Assembly: GCA_026770705.1 (NCBI GenBank)
Contig: JANJGN010000014.1
Span: 104,656,001-104,720,000 of the forward strand
Reading direction: 5' to 3'
DNA: 64,000 nt
Origin: Isurus oxyrinchus
Taxonomy: Eukaryota
Position numbers and translations under genes: made by a program. Below the pieces are notes generated by a model. That model saw nothing but the letters and a program-made list of their open reading frames with translations. It searched no databases and was not told the origin of the DNA. Shown in pieces: positions 1 to 12,650 of this stretch (its first letter is position 1; each line of letters starts with the position of its first letter).

Positions 1-789
1 AAGGAACACCTTTAAAAGGATAATGCTAGACATGCAGTCAAGTACATATCTTAAATCATCAACCCCAGATTAAACATCTGACACTCTAATTGGATTAATA
101 AACAAATTTAAAATGAAATATTGAGGAAAATGAGCTCTACAAATCTTACAGGGAAAAGAAGGGCTCACTGGGATGAATCTAGGATCATGCAGAAACAACT
201 TAAAAGGGTGCACAGAAAGACAGAAATACAGGAAAAAGCATAGCTACAGAGAAAAAGTATAACAAAGAAAAGTGTACTTTAATGGTAATGATATTGTCAG
301 AGAAAAGTTAAGAATATTAAAAGATAGGGAGGAATGATAACTATAAATATTCTGCATTAGGATCCTTTGGGAAGAGGACTTATGTTTTCTTTAAGCATAC
401 ATGAGGAAGGCAACTGGAAACCAGCTAAAGTACTCTTATCCCTGGTTATATTTCCTTAGTCACTGAACTTTAAAATGGGAGGCTCCTTTGAGCAACTGAA
501 GAGGAAAGTACAAGACCATGAGGCGTGAAGAAATGAGCCAAGGACCTGCCCTTAGGCAAATCACTATTACATTTTACAAGATTATATTTGTAAAATAGCC
601 ATAAGTTCAAACATGAACAACATGCCCTCCCCCACCCCCCATGCCACCTGCCCCCCCTCCACCCCCCCTCCCCCCACCACCCGCTATCCCCAAAAGAGAA
701 AGAGTATCAAAAATATAATTCAAGACTTCATTATAATGAGGTTTAAATCCAAGGCTGGTTGAAAAAGCTTTAAAACATTCTTCTTATTA

Positions 790-1350
790 GATGGTATTTT
801 TCTCAGAGTCTTAGACTAGCAAGGAGATCTGTGAGGCATAAACAATCAATACGAGGAAGTCACTGGACACCAGGGAGGCATCAATACTCTGGAAACAGAC
901 TAATGTAATGCCCATATTCAAAAAAGGTGAGGAAACAGGCATCAGAAACTACAACCCCATGAGTCTTATTTCAACTACATGCAAAATAATGAGATTAATT
1001 ATCAGGTGTAAATTTGAGGATTATCTGTACAACAATCTTGGAAACAACAGTCCTTAGATGGGAAATACCAACTTGCTTGTTTTCATGAGAAAACGACAAG
1101 TCAACTGTGATGTTGTGTACTTAACCTTTCAGAAAGCATTTGAACAAGTTCCACATGAAAAACCACTAATTAATCTCAAAGCTGTGGGGATTCAGAGCAA
1201 AACTTGTGTATGGGTAAGAAATTGGTTAAAGAATAAAAAACCTAGGTACTGGTTTGAAGGATAATGTCAGCATGTGATGAGGGCAGGAGGTATTAATTGG
1301 TGTCCCAGGGCTTAGTGATGGGACCGATATTGTTTAAAATCCAGATAAAT
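790..1350 (+). mobile_element. Degenerate CR1 LINE reverse-transcriptase fragment
   Basis: NVMPIFKKG-like sequence near 900 and DVVYLTFQKAFEQVPH...WVRNWL (1058-1264); frameshifted. Confidence 0.8.
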
Positions 1351-2069
1351 GACTTTGGCGGTGAGGTGGTGGGTGAAATTTTACCAGGCCCTTGGTGGCT
1401 TGTTGGAGTTGTGGTGGTGGTGGGATGGAGGTGGTGGGGGGTGGGGGGGAGGGGGGGGGGGGGATAGTGCATGAGGGCTTGAAAATGAGCAAAAATGCCA
1501 AAAGACAGGAATACCAATGTGTTCTTGCCTCCTCCTGCTTTCCCCAGAAAGGGCTTGTATGCATTGTAGTCCGCCCTGCAGTGGCAGGAACTGAGCTTGT
1601 TATTGCATCAACTATCAGCTATTTTTGCAGGACAATGGTATTTCATGAGCACCACACAGTGTTTGCAGCTCATCAGCTCACAGGAGATCAGTACACAGTA
1701 GGAAGTCAGAGCACCATGAAAATATAACAGCATGTTAACTGGGGAAGATGGCAAGCCAGAGGTCATCCACAGGCAGAGGCTTGCCATTGCAAAACTACCC
1801 CCCATAATATGCTGTCATGGACAGTGCTCAGGATGTAGAGATAGCTGCTGCTTCCTATAGTCTTCTCTCGCATCCATCTTGCTGCATTGTGCCATTGGCC
1901 TCAACAACACTCTCAGTGCAGCCACAGCGAAGGCTATCAACTGCTTTTTAAATTAACTTACTGATTCACCCTCCCATTGCTTCAACCCACCTGCTGTCCC
2001 CAAATGGACACCCTCCTGGAGGCGGGTTCTTAATTGGAATTTTCTTGGAAGGTTGGATTACCAGAGGTC

Positions 2070-2602
2070 AAAGTGGCGTAGCGGTAATAACACCGGATTT
2101 GTAATCTGGAGGTCTGGGCTATTGCTTCGGGGACAAAAACAAAAATAGTTCTGATGGAGAGTCATACGGACTTGAAACATTAACTGTATTCCTCCCCGCA
2201 GATGCTGTCAGACCTGCTGAGTTTTTCCAGCTATTTTTGTTTCAGATTTCCAGCATCCAGAGTATTTTGCTTTTATCTTATTGCTTTGGGGACATGGGTT
2301 CAAATCTTATCACAACAATTAGAATAAGTGTGGAATTGAAAGCTAGTCACAGTAATGGTGTCCATGAAACTATCCTTATTGTTGTAAAAAGCCACCGGGT
2401 TCACTAATGTCCTTTTGGGAAGGAAATCTGCCAATGTTACCTAGCCTGGCCTACATGTGACTTCAGATCCACAGTAATGTGGCTCACTCTTAACTGCTCT
2501 CTGAAATGGCCTAGCAAGCCACTCAATTTAAGGGCAAATAGGGATGGGAAACAAAAGCTGTCCTTTCCAGCGATGCCCCCATCCCATGAAAGAATAAAAA
2601 TA
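2070..2602 (+). mobile_element. tRNA-derived SINE (family S1) interrupted by a Penelope fragment
   Basis: A-box-like gtggcgtagcggta head and B-box-like gggttcaaatc; body shared with 16075-16430; 3' tail gggcaaatagggatggg...cccatgaaagaataaaaa. Confidence 0.8.
2136..2278 (+). mobile_element. Penelope-like (family P1) terminal fragment with decayed hammerhead motif and 16-bp TSD
   Basis: agtt-CTGATGG-agagtc-atacg-gactt-GAAACATT-aact; cagatgctgtcagacctgctgag core; flanked by tattgcttcggggaca (2120-2135) and tattgctttggggaca (2279-2294). Confidence 0.8.
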
Positions 2603-4044
2603 AATTAAAACAAAAGTTGGATTGGCAGCCCCGTTACTGTGGCGATTGGATTTGTGACAGAAAAATTATCCCAATGTTTGGGGAAAAAAAAGGCTATGGT
2701 GGAGGAGATCCAGCCATTAGATTCTGAAATTCAATATAAATTGGTTACATTTCCAAATTATACAAGTCAGAGGAAATTTTAATCAAGCTGTAAAGTGCTC
2801 TGGTCAGACCTTGAGTCTTATATCCAGTTCTGGTCGCCAAGAAACACAAGAGACACTTTTAGTGCAGGTGACAGTGCATTTAAGAGCCACAAGGTTAATC
2901 CCTTGGCCTGGATTTGAGCTTAGATGACCTGCTGGGACAGGAAAATCAGGAGAGTACGGGAAACCATGAAGGGGGGGGGGCTTCCCTTGCAAGCTGTGGA
3001 ATTTTAACCCTGCAAAATGCATCTGACCTCATCGATGAGTTTCCAGGCTGGAAGACAACCTGATTGCCAGCACCAGTTAAGTCCGCAGCCAGGGCTGGTG
3101 GGAATTCCCGGTGGAGGGAGTACGTAGATCACAGTGGGGTTGTTTGGGAGGGGGTGGTCCAATTTCATGGTCCTAGGCAGGGTCAGATACCTGGGGCTAA
3201 TCCCAGGGTCCCTGAGAGAGGTCTGATCCCGTTGTTGAGATGGGGTTGATTCTAGTGGATAGATACCACTGTGGGTGGGTTCAATTCTGATGTTGGGGAG
3301 GGGTGGGATTGAGGGCCTTGCAGAGGAAGGTTGAAGGTCTGATATGGGGTTTTGGAAGCTTCTGACATGTTTTTGGAGGCCCAAGGAGATGAATAGAAAT
3401 CCTATTTGGGTAGGTTGGAGGCTTGTGAGGGCGGTTTGAGCTCTGGTGGTGAAGGACAGAGGCTTAGGGGTGGGGTGCAAAATCAGTGGCTTGAAGTGGG
3501 GGGGAATCAGAGACTTCAGGAGAAGGTTGGAAGCTTGAAGGTGGTGCATGAGTCATGGGGAGAAAGGTCTGGGAGAAAATGTAAGGGTTAGAGACGGTGT
3601 GTCCGATCGTGGGGTTTAGTCAGGCAGGCAGATAGGTGAAAAGGCACAAAACTCTTGGATCTGATCATTCTTGACTGGATTTAGCTGCTGGGTTTCCTGA
3701 AGCTCAGAAAATCTGGCTGTCTACAATTAAATTCAAAATAATGTTTACAAATGAAATGCTCAGCTTCACTATAATAGATGAAGTGCCAACTACCTCCTAA
3801 GATTAGGTTGGCTACCTGTTTCCCTGCCATTGGAACTGGAAAGGAATAGCCAGGCATTGGGATTCATATTTGTAGCACTTTAACCTCCCTACCAACCCAA
3901 ACCCGTATGTCTCAGAGATTTGTGCCATGAGAAAACACAGGAGAAACATGGGATTTTCAATTTTCGGACGGAGGTATCTGGGAGGTGTTCTCATAAAGAG
4001 ATATCAGATAGTAAATGGTATGTAATATTTCATTCATAATTTTC

Positions 4045-4243
4045 TTCTTCAGTTCTCTACTCAAAGGCAGGTCTTTCATGATTATTTGCCAAACCACAGC
4101 AAAGTGCGGTGATTCTTTTCACTTCAGGAATGGTGCGGAAGAAGGCCCCAAGTCAGTCCTAGCCAGGACCGAGATTGAACCCCATGCTGATGGCATTCAT
4201 CTGAACCACTTGCTAGCCATCAAGCCAACTGACCAGTTCCCCC
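4045..4243 (-). mobile_element. tRNA-derived SINE (family S2)
   Basis: Homologous to 28905-29102 (-) and 28040-28215 (+); shared cagatgaatgcca..cagcatgggg core. Confidence 0.65.
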
Positions 4244-5309
4244 TAATTCATCATTTTAAATTAAACTGTGTGCATTGGACAAGAGGAAACAGGTTTTTCT
4301 GTACATAGTGAGTGATCAATATTGGGAATAGATCTCTGGTCAGGATTGTAGAAGTGATAAGCGAGAATTATTGAAGAAGCACCCGACGCAACCAATGGAG
4401 GAAAGTTCCAGGTTGTTGAATTGTATTGGGCTGAATCACCTTTCTCTTCTATAATTATATTGTGGCCTTGGTCAAGCAGTTTCTCCCATCACTGACATCA
4501 TTGCTGCGTGCCGTTCAGCTGGTGGCAATGCTGGTTTATACCTGTGCCATCCTGACCGCAGCTGGCCTGAGCCCCTGCCACATGGCTTGTTGTCTCCCAC
4601 TCACCTCCCATCCTCAATGCTTGCTGCCTCCTGCCTGCTGTCCATCTCCTGAGCCCTTACCATCTCTTGCCTAAGCCCTTGCTGCCTCTCACCCATGTCC
4701 TCACTTGCCACCCCTCTCCTGCACTTACAGCACCGGTTAGACAGAGAGGAGACTGCTCTGTACATTGTCTCATTGCACATTCCCCAGAACATGGATTGGA
4801 AACAGCAAAGCAGTACACTGTCCATTTAAATTATCAAAATACCTGCCAATCTGCCATCGGATCAGAAAAAGTGTTGCTTTCTGGAGCCTTACTGTCACAT
4901 CTTGAAACAGTTATCTGAGGAACCATCACAATCTTATGCTATAAATATCTGATACTTCAATCTACTTAAGTATTACCATTTTTATTTTTCTTAATTTAGG
5001 AAAAGAGGATATAGCTTTGCATGAAGTTCCCATTTCAAGTTGTAACTTTTTTCTGGCAGTAGTTGAGCTGTGCCATCTTTGATGCAGGCAGCTGCCTGGG
5101 ACATTGCTTGGAGCTCTGTGTAGTAATTATGGTTTTATTTAGTGAGTGATATACATTTAAGAGTAATGCTTGTTAAGGAAGATCATATGATCTATGGTAA
5201 CCAATAGGAGAATAGTGTGGGCTACCTCAGTAGTTAGTAGTATAGCGATAGAGTTGGATTTGAAAGTATACTCGTAGTAGTTACTGAGTACCTTGTAAAT
5301 AAACTTAAA

Positions 5310-6000
5310 GGGCAGAATTTTCCCCCCTTTGGGGGGGGAAGTTCAGGAGTGGGCACACTTGGAGGCACACCGCCATTTTACATGGGCGGGCCAACTACCA
5401 GCATGACATCTGCCAGGAAGCGCTAAACGCTCTATGAGTCGGGGGGGGGGGTGCAGGGGCAGCGGTGGATTCCCTCAGCCGAGAGTGCGCTCTTTTGCGC
5501 ATGTACACGAAAGAGCACACTCACCTCCCTGAGGCTAAGTGCTGCCTCAGTAAGATCGCTGCCAAATTCAAAAATGGTAAATGTAGAGAAATAAAATTTC
5601 CCTGACATGTCCCCTCATGTGACACTGTCACATGAGTTGGGACATGTCCATCGCTTTTAATTAAACTTTTATTAAATTTTTAAAAAACCCTCATGAAACG
5701 TCATCCAGCCCATGGATGATGTTTCAAGCTTTTTCTGAAGCCCGCCAGGGCTCCCGGCCTGCCCGCCAACCTTAAGGTTGGACAGGTATGTCCTTTAACT
5801 AGTTAAATTTGTTTTTAAATGGCCTCAGTAGGCCATTGACAGGTCGGCGGGCGCACAACTGATTCAGCTGCACCCACGCCGCCCTGAAAATTGAAATGAG
5901 GCAGGGTGACGTCGGGAGATCTGCCCAATGTCACCCCGTGTCATTTTACGCATTGGCGAGCAGGCCCCGCCCTCCGCTTGCCGACCTCAATATCCTGGCC
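5310..6000. mobile_element. PIF/Harbinger-type MITE
   Basis: Starts gggcagaatttt and ends aatatcctggcc. Internal blocks (tcccctcatgtgac..., aaacctcatcc..tggatga, aaggttggacagg) are shared with 29855-30470 and 31203-32895. Confidence 0.75.
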
Positions 6001-8059
6001 AAAGTTTCCACCAAAGAAGTGCCTGCAGATCAACTCTATCAATAGTACCAACTCGGCCACCAGTCACAACACACTGCAACTACATGCACACCCTCGCAGT
6101 TGTGGCTTTAGCAAACCAGCCTAAACAAAATTAAAACATACCTTTCTGAAAGTAGCCTCAATGATCCCTTTAAGAACCCTGGTTTGGCTGCCAAGTGCAT
6201 AAAAATACTAACTGCAAAGTGCAAAATCCATACTACAAGCAGTTGCTTACAGATTTTGTAAAGTGGGCCTCAAACAGGTGTGTAGCCCTCTATTTGCAAA
6301 GGTCCTAACCTATGTTTGAAGTGCAGGTCCTGATCACCTTTGTAGGAGCTGTTACCAGTATGGTGGGCAGTATTCGTCCAGCCTAGAATGAGCATGTGCA
6401 TGCTGCTAACCATCTTAAATGTTTATGTTCCTGCTTTACACCTGTAAAACAAATGCAGCACCATCAAATATCTGAACCAATGGGTGCTAAATGTGTTAGT
6501 ACCCCAAATTGGGCCCAATTCAAAAAAAGCAACAGCAGCCAGCCAGAAAGGACTGAACTATCTTTGTCCTCAGGCCTCATCATCATAATTCAGGGGAGAT
6601 GCAGGTGCAGATATCCTGATGCAGCATCGGTCAGGCCCTAACAAATGTTGGATGACCCACAGATAAATAGCAGATAGTAAATAACAAGGGAGGGGGTTAC
6701 AAATTGGGATAGGGTGAGAGTTAATTAGCAAGAACTTACAGTTGCTTTGTGGGGCAAGTTGGAGTGCTCCTGCTTTTTCCGGCTTCGCAAAAAAACATTT
6801 CTTAAGGTTACGGGCCCTTTTATGAACATCTTTAAGGATGTCTCATTAGGCAGCTGAAGACTCAGAGATAGGAGACCTAGCCTAATTTATGCATTAAATG
6901 AGTCCTGTGTTCATTTGTGGCAGCCACTAGGCTGCATAAAAAAAGGCCTGACAAATTTAGCATAGCCAGCTGGATCAGGCATGAGCCTCTGCGTTGCTAA
7001 ACTGGCTATTCTTGTGGCCATTTTACAGCTTTAAAATGGGGTCAATGATTTTGAATTTAGGTTCAGAATTTAAGCTAGTATCTCTCTTGTGAGATATTGA
7101 CATTTTTGATTGATTTTAGTCTCTTGACTCAAGTAATTTGACACTTCCCTCTGATTTGCTTGTCTTTTCTCTAATAGACTGGTTAATGAGGTAGAGAAGT
7201 GATTCTCCTTGATTGCTGTACTTGGGGAAAAATAAAGAAATCCCAGATGAGAGATGGTAATTGCAGTGCTTAGCTGTCAGGTACAAACAAATGTTTGCTA
7301 CTGACTAGTAATTTTGAACAATACTGTATCTCATTCTGAGTCTCTACATAGGTACCAAATTAAAAACATCAAAGGACAGCACTTCTCCGATTGCATTAAA
7401 CAGTCAATTAAATCCCATTTAGTATTCCAAAAGGATATTATATTCACATACAAATTTTGTGACTCAAAGATTTGTGTTTAAAAACTGGAAGATAGTAGGA
7501 GCAAAATAACCTGACGGCAGTCATAGCTACCTACTTCTGAATTGCCAGCCATCCCAATTTTTAGATGGGCCTCTATCCAGGAACAGGCAGAAGACTCAAG
7601 CAACTGTTGCAAATCAGGTTCAGATGATTAAGTTACAACCCACAACACCAATTTTGTTGTGTCATTGTGGTTATTGTCAATTCCTAGTCCCAACCACAGG
7701 TGGTATATGTCAGAAGGCAGACATTTCTGGTCAAAATTAGAGAGATCTTCAGTTGCCATCAAGGAAAGCTGGAGCAATGTTTGGGGAAAATTATATTGCA
7801 ACTGCTTTTAGAATTGTTCTTTAGGATCTTCCCACAAGATGTCTGCCATTCTAAAATGCTGTTTGTTTTCATTCCTGACTTTAGTAATCTTTCCTTTTAA
7901 GCTACAACTGAAGACCCCTAACATTCAGCCACCCCATTTTAGTTCCCACCTTCAGATCAGCGAGGAGCCTATCAGAGAGCATGTTTCACATTGGCAACTC
8001 ACTGATCATGTTATGATCAAAATATTGGGAATATCAAAGACATTGTTTTTGTTTCCTTC

Positions 8060-8370
8060 CACAAGCCTCTGAGATATCTGCATTCCTGCAAATCTGGGCT
8101 CTTTAACATCCCTGATTTTTATTGCTCCACTATTGGCGGCATGCCTTCAGCTGCCTGAACTATGAAATTCTCTCACTAAATCTCACCTCCTCACTAGCTC
8201 TTTTCTTCCATTAAGACATTCCTTAAAACCTATCTTTCTGACTAGGCTTTTGGCCATCTGCCTTAATGTCACCTTGTTGTTAAATTTTGATTTATAATGC
8301 TGTGTAAAGTGCCTTGGGATTTTTTATTACATTAAAAGTGCTTTAGAAATACAAGTTGCTGTCGTTGTTG
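8060..8370 (+). mobile_element. L2-type LINE 3' end
   Basis: ttaagacattccttaaaacctatctttctgac...aagtgccttggga...aagtgctttagaaatacaagttgctgtcgttgttg, an L2-like tail. Confidence 0.55.
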
Positions 8371-8708
8371 ACCCTAAACCAGGCTGGCATGGCCTCAATG
8401 CTGATGTCTCTGGGTGGTGCCATGCATACTGTTTTTAAATTGTTCATGGGATGTGGGCATCACTGGCTAAGCCAGTATTTATTGCCCATCCCTGAATGTC
8501 CTTGAGAAGGTAGTGATGTACTGCCTTCTTGATTTGCTGCAGTCCTTCCAACCTAGGAAAAGCCACAGAGCTGTTAGGAAGGGAGCTCCAGGATTTTGAT
8601 CCAGTGACTGTGAAGAAACAGCGATATATGTGACTTGGAGGGGAACTTGCAGGTAGTGGTTTTCCCATGCATTTGCTGTCCTTTTCCTTCTAGGTGGTAG
8701 AGGTCACT

Positions 8709-9745
8709 GAGACACAGGATAAAAGAGCGCGAGGAGAGCGGTGGAGACATAGCATAAAAGAGCGCGAGGAGAGCAGAGACACAGGATAAAAGAGTGCAAA
8801 GAGAGCGGCGGAGACACAGGATAAAAGAGCACGAAGAGAGCGGTGGAGACACAGGATAAAAGAGCACGAGGAGAGCGGCGGAGACACAGGATAAAAGAGC
8901 ACGAAGAGAGCGGCGGAGACACAGGATAAAAGAGCGCGAGGAGAGCGGCGGAGACACAGGATAAAAGAGCACGAGGAGAGCGGCGGAGACACAGGATAAA
9001 AGAGCACGAAGAGAGCGGCGGAGACACAGGATAAAAGAGCGCGAGGAGAGCGGCGGAGACACAGGATAAAAGAGCACGAGGAGAGCGGCGGAGACACAGG
9101 ATAAAAGAGTGCGAGGAGAGCGGCGGAGACACAGGATAAAAGAGCGCGAGGAGAGTGGCAGTGACACAGGGTAAAAGAGCACGAGGAGAGCGGCGGAGAC
9201 ACAGGATAAAAGAGCGCGAGGAGAGTGGCAGAGACACAGGGTAAAAGAACGCGAGGAGAGCAGAGACACAGGATAAAAGAGCGCAAGGAGAGCAGCTGAG
9301 ACACAGGATAAAAAAGTGCAAGGAGAGCGGCAGAACACAGGATAAAAGAGCACGAGGAGAGCGGCGGAGATACAGGATAAAAGAGCGCATAGAGAGCAGC
9401 TGAGACACAGGATAAAAGAGCGCGAGGAGAGCGGCGGAGATACAGGATAAAAGAGCGCATAGAGAGCAGCTGAGACACAGGATAAAAGAGCGCGAGGAGA
9501 GCGGCGGAGATACAGGATAAAAGAGCGCATAGAGAGCAGCTGAGACACAGGATAAAAGAGCGCGAGGAGAGTGGCAGTGACACAGGGTAAAAGAGCGCGA
9601 GGAGAGCAGCGGAGACACAGGGTAAAAGAGCGCGAAGAGACTGGCGGAGACACAGGATAAAAGAGTGTGAGGAGAGCAGCGGAGACACAGGATAAAATAG
9701 AGCGAGGAGAGCAGCGGAGACACAGGATAAAAGAGCGCGAGGAGA
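8709..9745 (+). repeat. 35-bp minisatellite, about 30 copies, at the 5' end of a CR1 LINE
   Basis: Unit GAGACACAGGATAAAAGAGCGCGAGGAGAGCGGCG (starts at 8881, 8916, 8951 and so on); a few shorter variants; 70-bp dimer repeated three times at 9361-9570. Confidence 0.95.
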
Positions 9746-11621
9746 GTTCCAGGGAGCAGAGTTGGAGGGCGGAGTTCCAGAGAGGTGAGTATAAAAACCT
9801 TACCTCAGGGATTCGCGGACCTCGGGTCTTAAAAAAAATTAAAAGTGGCATCACAGTAAATCTGTGACCTGATTGGCTGGTAGAGAATCTACACTGAATT
9901 TGAAACTAAAATATTGTTAAACTAATTTAACCAAATAAATTAATCACTTAACTAATAAATAGAGGGTATCTAGACCAGAGTCAGGGGATTACTGTTCTTA
10001 GAATTTAGCATTTATAGTAGAAATCTAGCCCTAGGGAACATACAGTTAATAAGGAGTCAATAAGCAGTTATTAGATTTAAATTAATTTATTAAATAGTTC
10101 TAGAAATGGCTGTTGCTGGGGTGAAGTGCTTCACCTGTGGGATGTGGGAAATTTGTGATGCTTCAAGTGGCCCGGACAACTACATCTGCAGGAAGTGTAC
10201 CCAATTGCAGCTCCTCACAGACTGCATGGATCGGTCGGAGCAAAAGTTGGATGCACTTAGGAGCATTCAGGTGGCGGAAAGCATCATTGACAGGAGTTTT
10301 GGAGATGTGGTCACACCCAAGATACAGACAGGTAGATGGGTGACCACTAGAAGGGGCAGGCAGTCAGTGCAGAAATCCCCTGTGGCTTCGAGGAAGTGAC
10401 AAAGATGATCGACGATGGAAGGGCAGTGGATGCTATATACATGGATTTCAATAAGGCCTTTGGTCCCTCATGGCAGACTGGTACAGAAGGTAAAGTCGCA
10501 CGGGATCAGGGGTGAGCTGGCAAGATGGATACAGAATTGGCTTGGTCATAGAAGACAGAGGGTAGCAGTGGAAGGGTGCTTTTCTGAATGGAGAGCTGTG
10601 ACTAGTAGAGTTCCGCAGGAATCAGTGCTGGGACCTTTGCTGTTTGTAGTATACATAAATGATTTGGAGGAAAATGTAACTGGGCTAATTAGTAAGTTTG
10701 CAGACAACACTAAGGTTGGAGGAGTGGCAGATAGTGAAGAGGATTGTCAAAGGATATATCGGGATATAGATCGGTTGGAGACTTGGGTGGAGAAATGGCA
10801 GATGGAGTTTAATCCGGACAAATGCGAGGTAATGCATTTTGGAAGGTCTAATAGAGGCAGGAATTATACAGTAAACAGCAGAACCCATAAGTGCATCGAC
10901 GGACAGAGGGATCTGGGTGTACAAGTCCACAGGTCACTGAAAGTGGCAATGCAGGTGGATAAGGTAGTCAGGAAGGCATATGGCATGCTTGCCTTCATTG
11001 GCAGGCGTATTGAGTATAAAAGCTGGGAAGTCATGCTGCAGCTGTATAGAACCTTGATTAGGCCACACTTGGAATATTGCGTGCAATTCTGGTTGCCACG
11101 TTACCAGAAGGATATGGAGGCATTGAAGAGGGTGCAGAGGAGGTTTACCAGGATGCTGCCTTTTCTGGAGGTTATTAGCTATGAGGAGAGGTTGGAGAAA
11201 CTTGGATTGTTCTCACTAGAGCGACAGAGATTGAGGGGCGACTTGATAGAAGTTTACAAAATTATGAGTGGCATGGACAGAGTAGATAGTCAGAAGCTTT
11301 TTCCCAGGGTGGAAGAGTCAATTACTAGGGGACATAGATTTAAGGTGAGAGGAGGAAACTATAGAGGAGATGTGCAGGGCAAGTTTTTTACGCAGAGGGT
11401 AGTGAGTGTCTGGAATTCGCTGCCAGAGGAGGTGGTGGAAGCAGGTACGATAGTGGTGTTTAAGAGGCAGCTTGACAAATACATGAATAGAATGGGAATA
11501 GAGGGATACAGACCCCGGAAGTGCAAAATGTTTTAGTTGACAGCCAATATGATCGGCGCAGGCTTGGAGGGCTGAAGGACCTGTTCCTGTGCTGTACTTT
11601 TCTTTGTTCTTTGTTCTTTGA
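8709..11621 (+). mobile_element. Internally deleted CR1 LINE (5' UTR, ORF1 N-terminus, ORF2 RT C-terminal half, 3' microsatellite tail)
   Basis: ORF1 Cys-rich CFTCGMW...CRKC plus leucine zipper (10106-10388) joined to the RT (FEEVTKMIDDGRAVD..., VPQESVLGPLLF, KFADNTK, RPHLEYCVQFW, RGHRFKV). Tail (TTCTTTG)n ends near 11621. Confidence 0.92.
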
Positions 11622-12239
11622 GTCTTGATCAGTTGCTGCAGTGCATCTTGTAGATGACACACACTGCTGCCACTGTATGTCTGTGGTGGAGGGAGTAAAA
11701 GTCAATGATGGTGGATGGGGTGCCAATCAAGCAGGCTGCTTTGTCCTTGATGGTGTCAAGCTTCTTGAGTGCTGTTGGAGCTGTGCTCATCCAGGCAAGT
11801 GGAGTGTATTCCATTATACTCCTGACTTGTGCCTTGGGGATGGTGAACAGGCGTTGGGGAGTCAGGAGGTGAGTTACTCTCCATAGAATTCCCAGTCTCT
11901 GACCTGCCGCAATATCCACAGTATTTATATAGCTGGTCCAGTTCAGTTTCTGGTCAATGGTAATCCCAGGATATTGATGTTGGGGACTTCAGTGATGGTA
12001 ATGCCATTAAATGTCAAGGGGAGATGGTTAGATTCTCTCTTGTTGGAGATGGTCAATGATTTGCATTTGTGTGACACAAATGTTACTTGCCACTTATCAG
12101 CCCAAGCCTGAATATTGTCCAGGTCTTGCTGCATGTGGACATGGGCTGTTCCACTCTCCACCATCTGAAAATCACCCCCCCTGAGTTCTGTAACTCAACT
12201 TGCACTCCCTGTTGACTGAGATCCACCTGAGTACTTGGT

Positions 12240-12650
12240 CTGAAACTAGAGAAATTGAATATGTTCTAATTAGAGCAGGTTAAGAGAATAAAGAGATTTA
12301 ATAGACATGTTCAACATTATGAAGAGTTGTGACAGAGTAAATTGGGAGAAACTGCTTGCAGTGGCAGCAGGGTTAGTGACCAAAGGGCACAAAACTTAAC
12401 ATAATTGGCAAAAAAAACCAGAGGGGAAATTTATACACAGTGAGTTGATCTGAATGCACTATCTGAAAGGATGGGGGAAGCAGATCTAATAATAACTTTC
12501 AAAAGAAATTTGTAAATATATTTGAAAGGAAAATATTTAAAGGGCTATAGGAAAAGAACAGAGAATGAGGTAAATTCAATAGCTCTTCTAAACAGAGCTA
12601 GTACAGGCATAATGGACTGAATGACCCCTTTCTATGCTATATGATTCAGT
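12240..12650 (+). mobile_element. Degenerate CR1 3' end
   Basis: agagatttaatagacatgttcaacattatg...aagggcacaaaacttaa...gggctatagg...atggactgaatgacc. Confidence 0.7.

Larger units (their letters stand above)
8440..12160 (-). mobile_element. CR1/L2-group LINE (family L-A) 3' portion, split by the CR1 insertion at 8709-11621
   Basis: Tail at 8440-8708 and RT C-terminus at 11622-12160 (MQQDLDNIQAWADKWQVTF...) are collinear with the copy at 16435-18112. Confidence 0.85.

Noticed and set aside
8709-9745. CRISPR-like array
   Set aside because: Units are contiguous with no unique spacers, there are no cas genes, and the context is vertebrate.
8574-9854. Three long minus-strand ORFs (332-426 aa), rich in Leu/Ser/Cys
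   Set aside because: Artefact of a 35-bp repeat lacking stop codons on that strand; all three frames are open and the translation is periodic.
10415-11536. 373-aa RT ORF as an active or domesticated gene
   Set aside because: The N-terminus is frameshifted, the endonuclease is absent and the catalytic motif reads FADN.
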